Assembly (NCBI GenBank): GCA_030248215.1
Contig: JASANG010003810.1
Location: 124,001-188,000 of the forward strand
Direction of reading: 5' to 3'
Length of the DNA stretch: 64,000 bases
DNA from: Enoplolaimus lenunculus
Lineage: Eukaryota
The position numbers were made by a program, and so were the translations under genes. Below the pieces are notes generated by a model. The model made no database searches and was not told where the DNA came from. It saw only the letters and a program-made list of their open reading frames with translations. Shown here piece after piece: positions 41,797 through 56,570 of the stretch. How positions within the stretch are numbered: position 1 is the first letter of the stretch; each line of letters begins with the position of its first letter.

Positions 41797-44700
41797 TGTT
41801 ATTTCGCTAAACAAAGTCCCTTTGGACAGGTTCTGTATTGTGTAAAAGCGGAGTCCGTTAGTACAGACTCAAGACAAAACAGCTGTCCTTTCTATGATGT
41901 ATTGACAAAGTGGCATATGTATGTGCGATAATGTGACGAAGTATACACCGGACACAGGGTCCGCCAGTGGTCTGGTGAGTGTACACTGGATGTGGGTGAC
42001 TTTTGGGTTTCTAATTTGGAAACACTGTAGTTACGAACTTATGGACTCGCATGTGAGTACAATTTTTTTACAGTAGCGTAGACGGTATGACGTGGATGAC
42101 CATATAAAATGTGCTGTTTTCAATTGCCCTACGAAAAGTTTCTGAAGAATACGTATACATGGCCTGCTTCTGTATGTCACATGGCATGCTGAGCGTCACG
42201 CCATCCAGTACCAAATTAGCGATCCTTCGAATATTGGCTATCAGGATGATGTCAACAAATTGTTCTTGAGCCAGTGGTGAGGCGAAATTCGTGACGCTGA
42301 AACTGCAAAGTTGTTCCCGGTTTTTGAATAAAAAATTACGGTAGGATCTGTGCCGGAGTAGAATATGGTGGGGGCCCCAAAAGAAGCCGGGGTGGGGACC
42401 CCTTGCGAAGATCAAAATATTTTTCCACTTTTTTGTTTAAAATTTTGATATGGCAAGGGTCCCTCTTTGGGGTCTTCCCCGGAATGAGGTTATGTGGTGG
42501 CTGTACTGACTCTGGGTCGAACTTTAGCGCAAAAACCACTTTATTTAAAATTTGTTCATATTTGTTTAAGTTCTGTTTCCGGTATTATTTATAACAACAT
42601 TTCTGAGCTTAGTTTAATTCTTTGACGGCTTGAAATTGTAAGCTTACAACAATTATCCGGTCAAAGCGGTTTACTGCTTAATTTGTAATTATGCAGAATA
42701 AGTATAAATATCCCGTCTCCTTGACCTATTTAGGGTCTGCTTGTTTAACTTTTACCGCAATATTTGTTGAATTTTAATAGTAAAATAATGAAGTATACTA
42801 TAACATTTTGGCTATCGCTGATTGTACTAGATTTTACGACTATAAAATTGTAAGTTTTCGAAATATCATGAAAGCAGTACACTGCAAAAAAATGGTGAGT
42901 CAAATTGCCTCTCTTCAAAATAGGCTCTACGGGAATACACAAACTGAGTCAAATTCCAGTCTGTCAGAATCAAGTTCGACTCACTGCGTTGCACAATTCG
43001 ATTATAGCTGAGTCGAATTTGACTCAGTTTACGCAGTCCCGTAGAGCCTATTTCGGAGAGACTCAATTTTACTGACCATTTTTTGCCGTGTACCCGATAC
43101 GGCGCTGGATTTTTTAGGTCAAAGGTCGAATGTTGAAAAACAATGACTTACTTTTACAGAACTGACAACTGTTCTTGCTATTTGTACTCTGGGTCGTGTT
43201 ACTTTCAGGGTCATCCAGTGTTCTCGCACGACTGTAACAGAGTACGAATAAATTTCAGGGTATTTGTTTGATTCAGGGTCAGTGTATGTGAAGAAGCCTT
43301 TTGCATTATCTATCCTGCCAGGGTTTGCCCAAAGTTGGATTTTAAAATTTTTTGCATATTTGATCTTGTCATAACAACCCCTGGTACAGCGATTAAAGAT
43401 TTTTTGGCAGGGAGTGATCCAAGATTTGGATTTTTTTATATATCTCAGTGCCGCTTCAAGGGTATCAGAGACCATTCCTCTAACCTGCGAGATGTGACCC
43501 TATTGTAAGTCATTTTATCACCTTACGAATAAAACGGAAAAACGTCTACAATGGTTGTTTCGACACCGGGTCTCGAACAGCGCAAATTTCGGCTTATGGC
43601 TAACCATGGGCACAATTAGCGGTTTGAACCCATCCGTAGTGAGCAATGGGCTCGAGCCAAACGCAAAATCATTCTGAACAAAGTATGCTCATGGATCAAA
43701 AATGGAGTTGTTAAAATTGATTTTGTTCGGGTCGTGCCTACGGTTGCCCTGACTACGGCCGAAAGACAAACTCACACAAAAATGTATTTCTGAATTTATT
43801 AAGAAAAGTATTTTGTGAGGCAAATCTGAAAAGTTATTCTGATATTTAAGACAATTTTTCTAAAAATAACTGAAAACGTTTGTTTTCAGACTTTATTTCA
43901 AAACTTTTTTCGAAATCTTTTCTGTTATAACAGAAATACTTTTCAAGTGCACCTTGCTAATTATATGTCTTAAATGCAAGAAATTTTTTCTTAAATATCA
44001 CAAATATTATTTTGAGTGCTGTGGAACCGATAAATTGATAATAGTTACATTTTGTACCATCATATGCGAAAATATCCTGATCTAAGCATACTCTACATTG
44101 GAAGGAATAGAAAAAATTCGCCAACGTTAACACAAGACGCATGTTAGATATTCAAACTTGTGAAAACTTAACTTTTGGTTCCTGATTAATTTTTATATAG
44201 CTGACATTGGCTTCGAGCACCTGGAATCGTTGAGCCATCCTGATCAACATAAAGTTAGGTTTAGCGAGCGAAGCGAACAAAATGCTAGACGTACTGTGTA
44301 AAAACACTCTACTTAAAATACTTTAGTTATATTTTCTAACAATTTTAAGTATAAGTGTACATAATATTGAGTAAATGTTTGCTTAACTAAATGTAAATAA
44401 GTAAAACTACTGCTGTCATTTCCTGATTAAATAAATGTAAAGCGAAGAATTTTGTGTTTGCTTAAAATTAAGTAAAACTTTGCCAAGCGTCATAGTAAGT
44501 AAAACCGACACTTAATTTGGCAACAGTTTTACTTAATTTTAAGTATATCTTTACTGAGTACGTAAAACCTCCGGATCCTCCGTAGATCCGGTCTTACCTT
44601 GATCATACCATGCCCAAGTTTGAATTTTAAAGTCTCGAAGTCCTCATTAGTACCCAAAATTCTTTTGTTAAAAAAATTAGACAAATTATATACCATTCGA

Positions 44701-46225
44701 TACCGCTTGTGAAGCTGAGTTGAAATGCGTTAAATTGTCTACAATTTAACGTACAACTGAATTAAACTGCGTTAAATTTATTGCAATTTAACGTATGGCT
44801 AACGTGTTATGGTTAAATAACTGATTTGGTACGTGGCCAACGATTTGGGACGGTGCCAAATCAGCTATTCGATTATAACTCGTTAACCAGAGGTTTAACT
44901 GTGGAAAATTTAACGCAATTGAATTCAGCTCCGCAGGCTGCGTCAAATGGTATATAAGTTGTCTAACTTTTAAACAAAAAATTCTCCAAGTCCCAAGTGG
45001 GGTTGCTCCTTGGACCTTAAAAATGGGCCGAAAACTCAAAAATCTGTCACCAACTGTCAATATATTGACCCTGACGTCTATATTCAAAAATTTTACAAAT
45101 TAATCAGTATAATTTGATATTTTCAGAAACTTACCAATACTTCGAACATGGTTCGTTTACCGCCTGATATTCGTTTATTCGATTGCGTATTTCGTTTTGA
45201 GGTAACCCGTTTGCGTTAAGTTTGAAAACTTTCACAAGCAGTAGAGATGTTAATTTAGTTATCATGAGATGCTGTGCTACCGTATACCTCACCGATTGCA
45301 TCACTAAAATATTTATTCAGCTTGCAATTAGCTTTTCAAACGAGAAATCATCAACAGGTATCACCACTATCACCTCGACCAATGTTACTTTTCGGGGCGT
45401 AACAGTAGATTAAGCGTATTTCTAAGCCTCAGCCTAATCCTTGCAAAAACGATTTACTAAGCCTAAACCTAAGCCTAAGCGTAAACAAGAAAAATGTAAT
45501 CTAGAAAAACCTACTCGTAACAGTAGATTAAGCGTATTTCTAAGCCTTAGCCTAATCGGTGCAAAAATGAGTTACTAAGCCTAACAAGAAAATGTAATCT
45601 AGAAAAACATACTCTTTTATAAACCCACCAGAAACCTGGACCCCCCCTTAAAGTAACATGGGCCATCAGCTCTGTCTCGCCAAACATTCATTCTATTTTA
45701 CAGTTTTAAGAAAATTAAAACACCAGCAATCACACTTATTGCAAATGTAGCTAGAACTGTTTGAAATTTACCGACTACCGCGTCCCACACGAGGGGCACT
45801 GGGAGACCAGGCCCTCCCAAATATGGCTGCTGCCCCCCCACAAATAGACTCGGTCTGAAAAGAAAAACAATCTTGAATTACAATTGTAGGCCCCCCAAAA
45901 TTACTTTTCGGTGCCCGCAAAAAATAATTTTCTACGGACACTCCTGTATATATTGCATGTGTATATTTGACAAAACCCATTCAACCTGTTCAAAATCTTT
46001 TGTTACAAATATGTTTCCCAATGTTGTTACTCTGACGAGTGCATCGTGTTTCAGCGAGAGTCCAATATAGTAAGCTTTAGCTTTAGACTAATTTTTTTGT
46101 TCAGGCTTAGGCTACAGTAATATTTACACCTGAGACGTGGGTTTAGAATTAGGAATACGCTTATACTACTGTTATGCTCCTCAAAGTCATTTACGAATGT
46201 ATGATTACACTTTTCGTAATTTCAG

Positions 46226-48780
46226 GCGTATAATTTTCCGTCGATGTCCCCAAGACTATAGACTCAACCGGAACGACGTAGTCATTGTTACAGGATGCAG
46301 TGCGGGTATTGGAATTCCAGTTGCTCAAGAACTCATCAAACGAGGTGAGTGCCTTTTATGAATGTTTTTATTTCTTAACAAGTGAATGCAGGGCCGGAGC
46401 AGCTATCGCCCTTTCCCCCCATTTGGGGGGCACCCCAAAGAGGAACCCCACCCTAAACAAAAAATTTGAAAAATATTTTGATCATCGCAAGGGACGTCTT
46501 AGCCCGAAATTTTGAGAGGCCCATCTTATCCTGATTCCGCACTGAGAGAATTAGTAACTCAACCTCCGTTGACAATTTTGAACCAAAAATCGAAAATAGG
46601 CTTTTTAAACCCCGGTTGTTTTTGCCCATTTTGTGGTAGAACACAAGTTATTTGTTGGTTCGAATATTTTTGTAGAATGCATACGCAATCTCGTGTCCGT
46701 GACAACTGTTGCGTATGCATTGTACAAAAAAAGTAGAACCAAGCAATTACTTGCGTTCTAAAACAGAATTAGCGAAGACAAACACTTTTATACAATGCAG
46801 ATGCAATGGTTGTCAATGAATATGCATTGCGTACAATTTCGCGTGCATTGGCAATTACTAAAGGGTCCACACTGTAAAAAATGGTGAGTCAAATTGACTC
46901 TCTCGGAAATAGGCTATTCCTGACTGCACAAACTGAGTCAAATTCGAATCCGCCAGAGTCAAACGTGCGCCATAGTGAATCGGATTTGACTCTGGTGGAG
47001 TCGAATTTGACTCAGTTTGTGTAGTCAGGAAAAGCCTATTTCCGAGAGAGTTAATTTGACTGCCCATTTTTTGCAGTGCACCCTGGCATAGGCCTTCTAC
47101 AGGATCAAAACCTAGATTTTGTAAGTAATTCGTTTCGCTCGCGAGTTTTTGTTCTGCTGACATTTCTCGTACGGCCTAACTCAGTCTAGAAATTTCTGGA
47201 TCCGCCACTGTTTGCGTGCACAGTACAACACTCGTATATACAGAAAAATTATAAAAACGATTGAAAATTTTTACGTTAACCCTTTCTCTCATGAATATTT
47301 TCAATTTCATCTGAGGTATATTTTCAGGTGGAAAAGTGATATGGGCGTGTCGGAACACTCAAGCTGCTCAGGAAGCTCTTGATTCGTTAAGTTGGCAGCC
47401 ATCATATGGAACTAAAGGATACGTTTTGGAATTAGATTTAGCTGATAAGAAGTCTATCGAACAATTTGTGACCAAGTTTAAACAACGTAAATGGTTTTTC
47501 GAGTATCCGTGTCATAAACAATAATTTCTACAATCTACCTGGGTGCAACCGGAGGTGAAGAATACCGGAGCCGGAGCCGGAGCCGGAGTCGAAGGTCAAC
47601 AAAACTTGTCGGAGCCGGAGGTCCACAAAACTTGCCGGAGCCGCAGGTCAACAAAACATTCCGGAGTCGGAGGTGACGCCGGAGGTGACGCCGGAGGTGA
47701 GGTGAAATTTGGTCGTTGAAATGATATTCAATTTGTTAATTTTAGCAAATATCTGCAATGCGTTGTTGTTAAATCGTTTGACATTACGCTTATTTTTTAA
47801 GAAAACTCGACAGTGTTTTTACTCAAAATTGTGCCAAACGTTAAAACTAAACGCGCCAAACAGATAAATTTTGTAAAACTTTGCACAAAATTTCACTACC
47901 GACGTTGCCGGAACCTCCGGCAAAAATCCTACATGAGCTGGAGCCCGAACTGGAGGTCGATTTTCTGCCGGAGCCGGGGCCGGAGGCCAACCTAATGTCG
48001 AAACGTGCCATATAAAGCGAGTTGATGGTAGGTCTTGTAACTTTCGAACTTCTACAGCTTGCAAAATATCGCTCAGTAAATCTTTCTCAGTTTGAATATT
48101 TGGCTACGAAAAACCCAAAATTCACATCATTAGAATATGGTTAAGTATTATGAAATTTAGGTAGTGCAGGGTCTTTAATAAGGAGCGAAACACGTTGTAG
48201 AAAACAAACTTCAATTTGAAAATAAGATGTTGAACAATTTTCAACTCCGGGTAATTTGAATCCTATTTGTTGTATGCGTAGTCAGAAATGCATTGCAGTA
48301 ACATAGTACCAGTTTGCAAACTTTAAGAAAAAAATTTATTCAGCTTGTATAAATGGGGAATTTCTCTTGTGTTAAATGTATCAAAATTTTCAAAATTCAG
48401 TTTGCAAACTAAAAGAAAATATTTATCAAATTTGTTAATTTGTCGGAATGACTAGAAATTTTCCATCACCGTGTCACTCCATATTATGGACCCTGCATAA
48501 TGCAAAAACGTACCGTGGCAATGTTTTCAAACGAACACCAGTTGCGATTTGGTACAAGACCACGCCTAATTTTTCGTCACTTGAAACAATCGAAGCCGTG
48601 GTGTAACGTCACCCTCCCGCAGCCGAATCCCACGTTTGGGGGGGATACATGGCTTAAAAATTACCCTGCATATCAGAAAACAAAATTGATTTTGTCTTAA
48701 TCCAAACCTAAAGTTTGTTTTGATATTTCAACCAAAATGCGTTTGGCTTTTTGTTTGTTTCGCTCACGAACTTTCTTCGC

Positions 48781-48854
<74 letters not shown>

Positions 48855-51800
48855 TATATATATACAAAGCGGGCCATTAAGGGTGGCGCTATACTTTTGA
48901 TTGGCGCTGTCCGTTACTGTCTGTCGACGTCCGTCACCGTTGGGCGCCGCTAGGTACCATACCGCAACGCATTGGCATTGCCGCATGGCGTAGCATTTGC
49001 ATTTTTTAACGAATATCTTTCGACTTGTGGCGCCGGACAGCGTCGAACAGCGCCACTCGACAAGTGTAGCGCAACCCTAAAAGTTTAAATTTAAAGGACA
49101 CACGCGGATATGTGGACAAATCTGGTGGTCTTACCTGCCCACAGGATCTAAGCAAAACAAGAATTTTACTTTAGGATTTAATACTAAAAGTGCGTTTAAG
49201 TTTCTCGCTCGCTTCGCTCGTTGACCCTCGGTTGCCCAGACTTATAACATAGACAGTAGTGGGGGATTGATTCTCGCTCTTGTCTTCACAGCCAACCTTT
49301 CCGTCAACTGGTGCTCGCCGTTGCGGACCATCCAGGCCAATCTTCATATTCCGTTAGCAAAAATTAATTCATCCTTTGAACATAATTCAAAGGGGGGGAA
49401 GGCTTGATCAAGTTCAGGTTCCCTAAACTCACGACGACTGATTCGTCACCACTAGCGGATCCAAAGTAGGGGTGGGCCTACCATGCAATTTTTTATAATT
49501 TTTCCCGCAGAATTTTTTTGTAATCAAATGGTCCCTACCTTACAACTTTTTAGCTCTCGGAAAATTTTTTTGGCGATAGAACGATAAAATCCCTACCTTA
49601 CAATTTTTGCGTTTCATGCCATTTGCCAGCCCCCCGTCAAACATTTTTGGATCCACCTCTGTTCGCCATTGCTTAAAAGGCTCAAGATTGATTTTCGAAC
49701 GGGCTCCGGGCAAATAAGAAAATCATGGCTCTGGCTATAATCGCTTGCAAAATTTTAAATCAACGTCCTACCCCCAAGACTATAGATATAATTCTCGGTT
49801 GCAGCTCTCTTTGTGAGCCAAGTGTAAATCGCGAATTTAACCAATTAGCGCATCGATTGATTGCTTGCTAAATTCAACCAATTAAATTTGATATTTTCAG
49901 GCGAATCAAAGTTGAATGTGCTCATGTTGAACGCAGGTGTCAATTCAAGTGAACGAAAGTTAACCAAAGATGGATTCGAAGAAACGATTGGGATTAATCA
50001 TTTAGGTAACCGATATTTCACCAGAAATGTTTATTTCACTCGTATTCATTGTCCAATCAGCGCTGTCGATTGAAGTACCTACGTCCAGAAGTGGATCATG
50101 TAAATTTCTGTACAGTAATCGCTTCAAGCTGATTGGTTTTCGTGGTTTTAAAAAAGAGAGACCTAGGAAAGTTAAGTTTCGAAGATGTCGCCAATGTAAA
50201 GAACAGGAGCGGAACAGTACCATAAGAATATTCCTAAGCCTAAGCCTAAGCCTAAGCTTAAGCGTAAAAAAGAGCATATTCCCAAGCCTAAACCTAAGCC
50301 TAAGCAGAGCAAAAAATTTGTCTAAAGCTTAAGCTTACTCTATTAATACAGTCCCACAGAAAAATGTTCCGTCCCTGATCTTTACATGGGTCGAAGATGT
50401 GATATGTATCAAAAAAATAATATTCCAGGACGCGTTGTCGATCCATGGTTAAAGTTTGCATTTTTAGGTCATATGTATCTGGTTTACTTGCTTCGAAATA
50501 TGCTTAAAACGTCTGCTACACTCGATTCGCCAGCCAAAGTAGTTGTGGTCGCGTCTGATTTGCATAGACTGACCAGTAGTAAGTGAGATACTGTAATTTT
50601 ACATAAAAACCCACTTTTACAGTATGCCTGAAATTAAGCCTGTCGTTCTATAATTGCGACGGAATCTATTACCAGTTTGGCACACAAAATCCCACCGCTG
50701 GGACTTACTGTACGTAGATTACACACAGAAAGTCGCAGCGGTGGACCTTTTTTAGTTTTGTGAGTTAGGATGACCGCTGTATCCGTCACCGTCCGGAGCT
50801 GTGCGTCACTATATGGCATCGTACATGAGTCACTCGCACACGACACCTCACAGTGACGCACGCGTGGGACGGTAACGGATTGCGCTGGACGTCATCAAAA
50901 GTATAACGCCACCCTGAGTAATCCTGACTGCGAAAAAGTCGTATTTTTTAGTCTTCAAAATCCTACAGCTATTTGTACTGTGTTTTCAGTTTGCCTTTAG
51001 CAACATTGCTTAAAAATGTATAATCGGCAACTTCTTAGACTGACGCAGCTTCGCTGGAGCAAAGTAGTTTAAACTCTTGGAGCTCACGGCATATTTGGTT
51101 TCAGAGCCGAATTTCAACGATATGATGTTTGAACGCGATTTCAAACTGTTTAAAGCTTACAATCATAGTAAATTACTCAACATTTTGTTCGCACGAAAAC
51201 TGTCACAACTTTGGAAAGGTAAGTTGAGTTTGCCAACAGCTGACGCAAACTTTCAGTACAGAATGCATGCCAAAGGCGGTTTGAATAAAGCATTTCAAAA
51301 TTAAAAATGAGTACTATTCGTAAGATTAGATATACGGCATGCCAGTCATCATAGGAACCGGGACTCCAGACCTTTTAAACACAGCTGGAAAAGTAGGTAT
51401 ATACTGACTGTTTGAACTAGCGGTCTTACGATCCAAGGCGAGCGCTCTGGTGGGCTAGTAAAATAGATTACAAAATATGTTTGAAAATCAGTTAAAGCGG
51501 AACAGACAGAGAAAATTAGTATCAGACATACGTCGTGTTGAGAATATCAACATTCAATTACTAAATGAAAAAATACACACGGCAGGTTCGTAGCCATCTC
51601 ATCTGGGTAGGATGGCTAAAAATTTTCAGGAGGGATTATACAAGGGTTTTCGATAACTTACAAGCAAGGTTGATAATTTTGCTAAGATGGACCAAACTTC
51701 TTCCAGGAGATCTGAGCCTCCTGTGGCTCGTTTCTGGCTACTGAGCTGATGCTTGGGTTCCCTGCGCCTTCTAATTGAACATTTTCAAATAGAGCTTTCA

Positions 51801-53101
51801 GGAGGGGTCATACAACGGTTTTCGATAACTTACAAACATGGCTAATAATTTTGTTAAGATGGACCAAACTTCTTCCAGATGGTCTCAGCCTCCCGTGGCA
51901 CGTCTCTGGCTACGGGACCAATGGGTACCCTAGTCTCTAATTGAACATTTTTTTCAAACTGAGCAATTGATTTCAGACGCAAACATTCGGGTTCATTCCG
52001 TTCATCCTGGAACGCCAGTATTTACCCGTTTGACGCGTAATTTTCCTATTCTTCGGTACTCGTTTGTGCGCGCAATACTGCACGCAGTGTCTCTTATTTA
52101 CACGAAAAGCGCTTATGAAGGAGCTCAAACCCTTGTGTTTGGTGCCGTTGCGCCAATCTGCCAAAGCCAAACTGGTTTATACTTTGAGTAAGTCGTTTCA
52201 AGTGGCTCATTGACCGCAAATTCAAGTATAAATGGCCGGTTAACTAAGGTTTCATCAAGCGGGTGTACACTCAAAATAACATTTTTGATATTTAAGAAAA
52301 AGTTTCTTACATTTGAGAAATATTAGCAAGGTGCATTTGAAAAGTTTATTTCTGCTATAATAGAAACGTTTTCAAAAGGGGTTCTGAAATAAAGTCTATT
52401 AAAAATAAACGTTTTGCAGTTAATTTTACAAAAATTGTCTTAAATATCAGTTTTTCAGATTTGCGACAGAAAACGCTTTTCTGAATATATTCAGAAATAC
52501 TTTTTTGTGTGTACCGCCTGCTCCCCCACCCCTATTTTTTAGATTTTTATCAGCCTGGCATAAAATTTGAATATAAACACAATCTTTGTTATATCTAAAC
52601 AGAATTCGATGTTGGCAAAAGTAATTTTCGCCATGAAATGTTGATGCTTTCGCCGTAAATTGGCTTTGATTACTGAAACTTGATGCGATCTAAAATGTTT
52701 TGGTTGGTATTTGAAACTTTGGTAAATGTATAGAACAGAGCCGTAACAGTAGTATAAGCATATTTTTAAGCCTAAGTCCAACTTTTAAACAATCGGCACT
52801 TGCAGTTTGGATATACTTTTTCTCGTATCAAAATTCAAAACAGGTATATAAATGAAACCTGCAACAGTGCCCAAATACGTATGCGGTGCGTTTCAGCTTT
52901 AATAATACAAATATATGGGCAATTACATTTTTAAAATTTAGCTAAATCTATTTTTAAATTTTAAAATGTTATACAAAAATTGTTTTGAATTTTAGAAATT
53001 GCATGATAGCAACTGAAAGCGCAGCGGCTCAGAACGACGATTACGCAAATAAGGTTTGGGAAATATCCTGCACACTGCTTGATATTGATGAACGGTGGTG
53101 A
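46226..53101 (+). CDS. Short-chain dehydrogenase/reductase, retinol dehydrogenase 11/12/WWOX-like; exons 46226-46344, 47328-47486, 49901-50005, 50468-50578, 51105-51218, 51977-52187, 52996-53101; first coding exon not identified
   Basis: VVIVTGCSAGIG (Rossmann TGxxxGIG), ACRN, LELDLA, LNAG, DGFEETIGINHLGH, VVVVAS, catalytic YNHSK, SVHPG, GAQT. All junctions are GT-AG and in phase. Confidence 0.93.
48781..48863. repeat. (AT)n microsatellite
   Basis: Directly visible. Confidence 0.95.
50189..50392 (-). mobile_element. TTAGGC-containing MITE, 8-bp TSD GAAGATGT
   Basis: GAAGATGT at 50181-50188 and 50393-50400; (GCCTAA)n inside. Confidence 0.9.
52268..52511. mobile_element. CAC...GTG-ended AT-rich MITE (EnSpm-like); inverted copy at 43773-44018
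   Basis: The two copies are reverse-complementary over ~245 bp; 2-bp flanks are TA/TA and CT/CT. Confidence 0.75.
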
Positions 53102-53382
53102 TGTTAAAGTCGTTAACATTGTACACAGTTGAATTCAATGATATGTTAGCAAATTTTTTGAGATTAGACAGGTTAGCCCCCACCCCTGGAAAAATTTTGC
53201 CCCCCTAGATTGAATTCAGTGATATTTTAGCAAATTTTTTATATTGGACAGTTAGCCGTGCTCGGCCAGGGGGCGCGCTGCCTTCCTAAAAAATTTAGGC
53301 TTCTCTAGAAAATTTTCAACCTTGCTTGTAAGTCATTGAAAACACTTGTATGCCTCTTCTGAAAATTTTTAGCACCCTCCTA

Positions 53383-53582
53383 CACTGCAAAAAATGGTGA
53401 GTCAAATTGACTCTCTCCGAAATAGGCTTTTCCTGACTACACAAACTGAGTCAAAATTCGACTCCGCCGGAGTCAAATTGAGTCAAACTTGACTCAGGCG
53501 GAGTCGAATTTTGACTCAGTATGTGTAGTCAGGAAAAGCCTATTTCCGAGAGAGTCAATTTGACTCACCATTTTTTGCAGTG
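53383..53582. mobile_element. ~200-bp palindromic CACTGCAAAAAATGG MITE (EnSpm-like); copies 37356-37558, 38890-39099, 42880-43090, 46870-47078
   Basis: Near-perfect fold-back; 2-bp flank duplications TA/TA (42880) and CA/CA (46870). Confidence 0.85.
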
Positions 53583-55777
53583 AAGCAAGGTGAGCTGGCT
53601 ACTGCCTGCTGTTAGGAAGCGAAATAAGGTGAGGTTGCAGGCCTGAGACAAAGAATTAATAGTTGAGGAAGCAGCAGGTATACAGAGGGGGTTAAGGAAA
53701 TTTCAATTAACAGAATTTTTAATGCATTTGAAACAATTTTCGGCTAAGAGGGGCGAAGCTGTTCGTAGACAGGCGCACCCCCCGTTCCTCCATATATATC
53801 CGATATTCCCACTATCCGTTGAATTGCCGTTGAATTAAACGTTTGTCAACTATCAAAATTTTGAGCGGTAATGCAAGGTAATACTTAAGAATGTACTGTC
53901 AAACCTTAAATATTCTTTAAAGCTTAAAACTCAACACTTGGTCCTGGAGTCATTTATACACTACAATTAGCGATAATTGACATTAATGTACTCTAATTGG
54001 GTTTAGGGACTCTATCCCCTTACGGACTCTTATTAGGGATACGGATTCCAATTCATTGGGACTCACAATGGGCACACCTCCTCTTATTACACTCCCTCTT
54101 TTATTCGGGTCACTACATTAGCACCTATCACTTGTTGGTGATTAATCGTGTAAACTTTCGAATCAGTAAATTCTGAGACTCAAAACTCAGCCCATTTTTC
54201 GCATATGATTCGCTCTACACCTGTACCAATTTTAAATTTAACAACTGCACTAGTTAGTGAATTTAAATACGTATTAATAACCGATGATTGCTCCTATATA
54301 CATTTGAAAAAATGGGTTTAGATTTTAGTTCTATTTAAACTGAACTCTGAGATTTTTATAACCTGCATGCTTGTTAACATTTAATGAATAATACTAGAAA
54401 CTTGGTACTAATTTCCTGGTTCTAATGCTCATTTTGCTGCAAAAACAACTAAAACTATTAACTGCTCAGTTAACAACATTTTCAATTCATACTCTTAAGT
54501 CAAAATTCCATTCGAAAACTTGCAGCTGGAAATAATTCATTAAAAATCATTGCTAGGAATTTAGTCCCATGTGTGAATAACCATGCAAATTTACTGAATT
54601 TTTAAAGCCGCTTTCTCATTAGCTGATGAAAAAACGCAAGTTCTACATGCAAGTTGCAGCTGCAAGATCTCGCAACAAAAACTTGTACATATGAATTGGG
54701 ATTTAATTACTTTTCTGACATAAAATGTGACATCCACATATCGACTTTTAAATCGTGACTCTGCAAACCCAATGTTAATATATAAACAAAGTTTTCCTTA
54801 TACTATTTAATTTTACGGTGTGGTTTATTGTTTCGCTATTTATATTTGCTGTGTCACTTGAATTAAGGCGCATGTAAAGATCAGAGGCGAAACGTTTTTC
54901 TGCGGGACTGCAATAGAGTAAGCTTAAGCTTTAGACTAATTTTTTGCTTAGACTTATGTTTAGGTATAAGCTCATTCGCACGTTAAACATAGGCTTAGGC
55001 TTAGGCTTGGGAATATAATACTGCTGTTACGGGTGTGTTATATACATTAGCCAAAAACGGTATCAATGTAAAACAACGAAATGTGTTGATCTTCAATTGC
55101 AGCAAGAGTAGATGATGGACAAGAAGAGTATGCAACTGAGTACAATCCGTCCCAAAACCTACTCCAGTGAGCCATGAAAGTTGATTGCTGAAAAAGGCAA
55201 AAGCGTACACTGCAAATTTCAGTGAGTTGATTTTAACTCAGAATGAGTTGAACCGACTCTGATGTCTGAGCTGTGAATTAGGTCTTTCAGACCTCAGAAT
55301 TTTTAACTGATTGAATACTTTGTGAATTAATTAATCAACTAACCTTGAATTCTTTCCGCTACGAGTTTTAGTTAATGATTATTGTTATTAACTCAGAAAT
55401 AAAGCAGAAATAACTAATTTTCTCTCTGAATTGATTAATCAACTCATCAAAATTTACAGTGTGTATCCTGGGCGCAGATAAAAATCTTTTCTGCCAGACG
55501 CCTGATTATTTATTTTATGTGTCCTAAAAATTATGCGTGGCCTTGCTGTAGGGACCAGCATAAGAGGGGGTAATAAGAGGGTTCCCATTTTAAGTCCCAA
55601 TCTATAGGATTCTGTATTCGTAATAAGAGTCCGTAAGCGGATATAGTCCGTAAACACTCTCGAATCCTTCCATACGTGTATATATGCTTATAGCTTAAGC
55701 TTACGCGCTAAGCAATATTTTATAACTTAACTTTTAGTTAAACTCATGGTTAGCAATAGACTCAGCTTAAACTTTAA

Positions 55778-56040
55778 CCCCTTCTCACATTGAGTTGCCT
55801 ATAGGCAACTAATCGCAGTATATATACGTTAAATAATGTATATCGCACCGTGTTTAACAATTGCAACACGTATACATAGTACTAAATCACCACAAGACGT
55901 GAGAGCCCCCTCGGGCTCGAGCGTCAAGCTCCTGTAGCTGAGTGGTGATGGTATACGCCTCCCACTCCAGTCACCGGAGTTCGAATCCTAGCATAAAAGT
56001 AGGTCTCAGGGGAAATAGAAAATAGTCATGTGAGAAAGGG
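55778..56040 (+). mobile_element. piggyBac-type MITE carrying a hairpin and tRNA-like cassette (copy B)
   Basis: TTAA|CCCCTTCTCACAT ... ATGTGAGAAAGGG|TTAA; TAGCTGAGTGG and GAGTTCGAATCC boxes. Confidence 0.85.
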
Positions 56041-56377
56041 TTAAAATTAACATCAAACCAACAGCATATATATACTTTAATTTTTCAGCCAAGCTCATAG
56101 TCAGCTTACCTTGCTAGGTGCGCTAAAATTTTTTCAGAAGGGACATACTACGATTTTAGATGACTTACAAGCAAAGTTAAATATTTTATTGGCAGGAGGC
56201 CAAAATTTTTCCAGGGTGGCTGAGCCCCTCTGGCCCCCATCTGGCTACCGTAAAAGGCACATAAAATAAAAATAAACATCAGCTTCCGTACCTTCCTGTC
56301 CCACAGTTTTGATATTGTAAGATTCACAAAAATGACCAAATATTACTTGTGAGGTGTGGGCGTGTTTTAAATATTTC

Positions 56378-56570
56378 GGCCCAAGTATAGAACTGGGCCG
56401 GATCGTTTTCAGGAGGGGCTAAAATAGAGTCAGTTTAAGCTGTTGACTAATTTTGTTTTGCTTAGGTTTACGCTTAGGAATAGGCTGATCCATACGCTTA
56501 GGTTTAGGCTTAGGCTTAGGCTTAGGAATATGCTTATACTATTGTTCCGGCCCAGTTCGATACATGGGCC
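56378..56570 (+). mobile_element. TTAGGC-containing MITE, 8-bp TSD AATATTTC
   Basis: AATATTTC on both flanks; GGCCC termini. Confidence 0.9.

Noticed and set aside
41382..41931. Overlapping ORFs, and a superficially CRISPR-like periodic repeat
   Set aside because: Stop-poor satellite with ~16-bp degenerate units, no unique spacers, no cas genes, eukaryotic context.
41860..42290. Peptide scraps (FYDVLTKWHMYVR, SVDGMTW) reminiscent of a beta-propeller glycosidase
   Set aside because: Multiple stops and inconsistent splice phases; too weak without a homology search.
43119..43475. 118-aa ORF
   Set aside because: No recognisable motif or splice context; likely non-coding or a repeat fragment.
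45250..46075. Candidates for the missing first SDR exon
   Set aside because: The apparent GTAAGC donor at ~46070 belongs to a MITE, and no other candidate was convincing.
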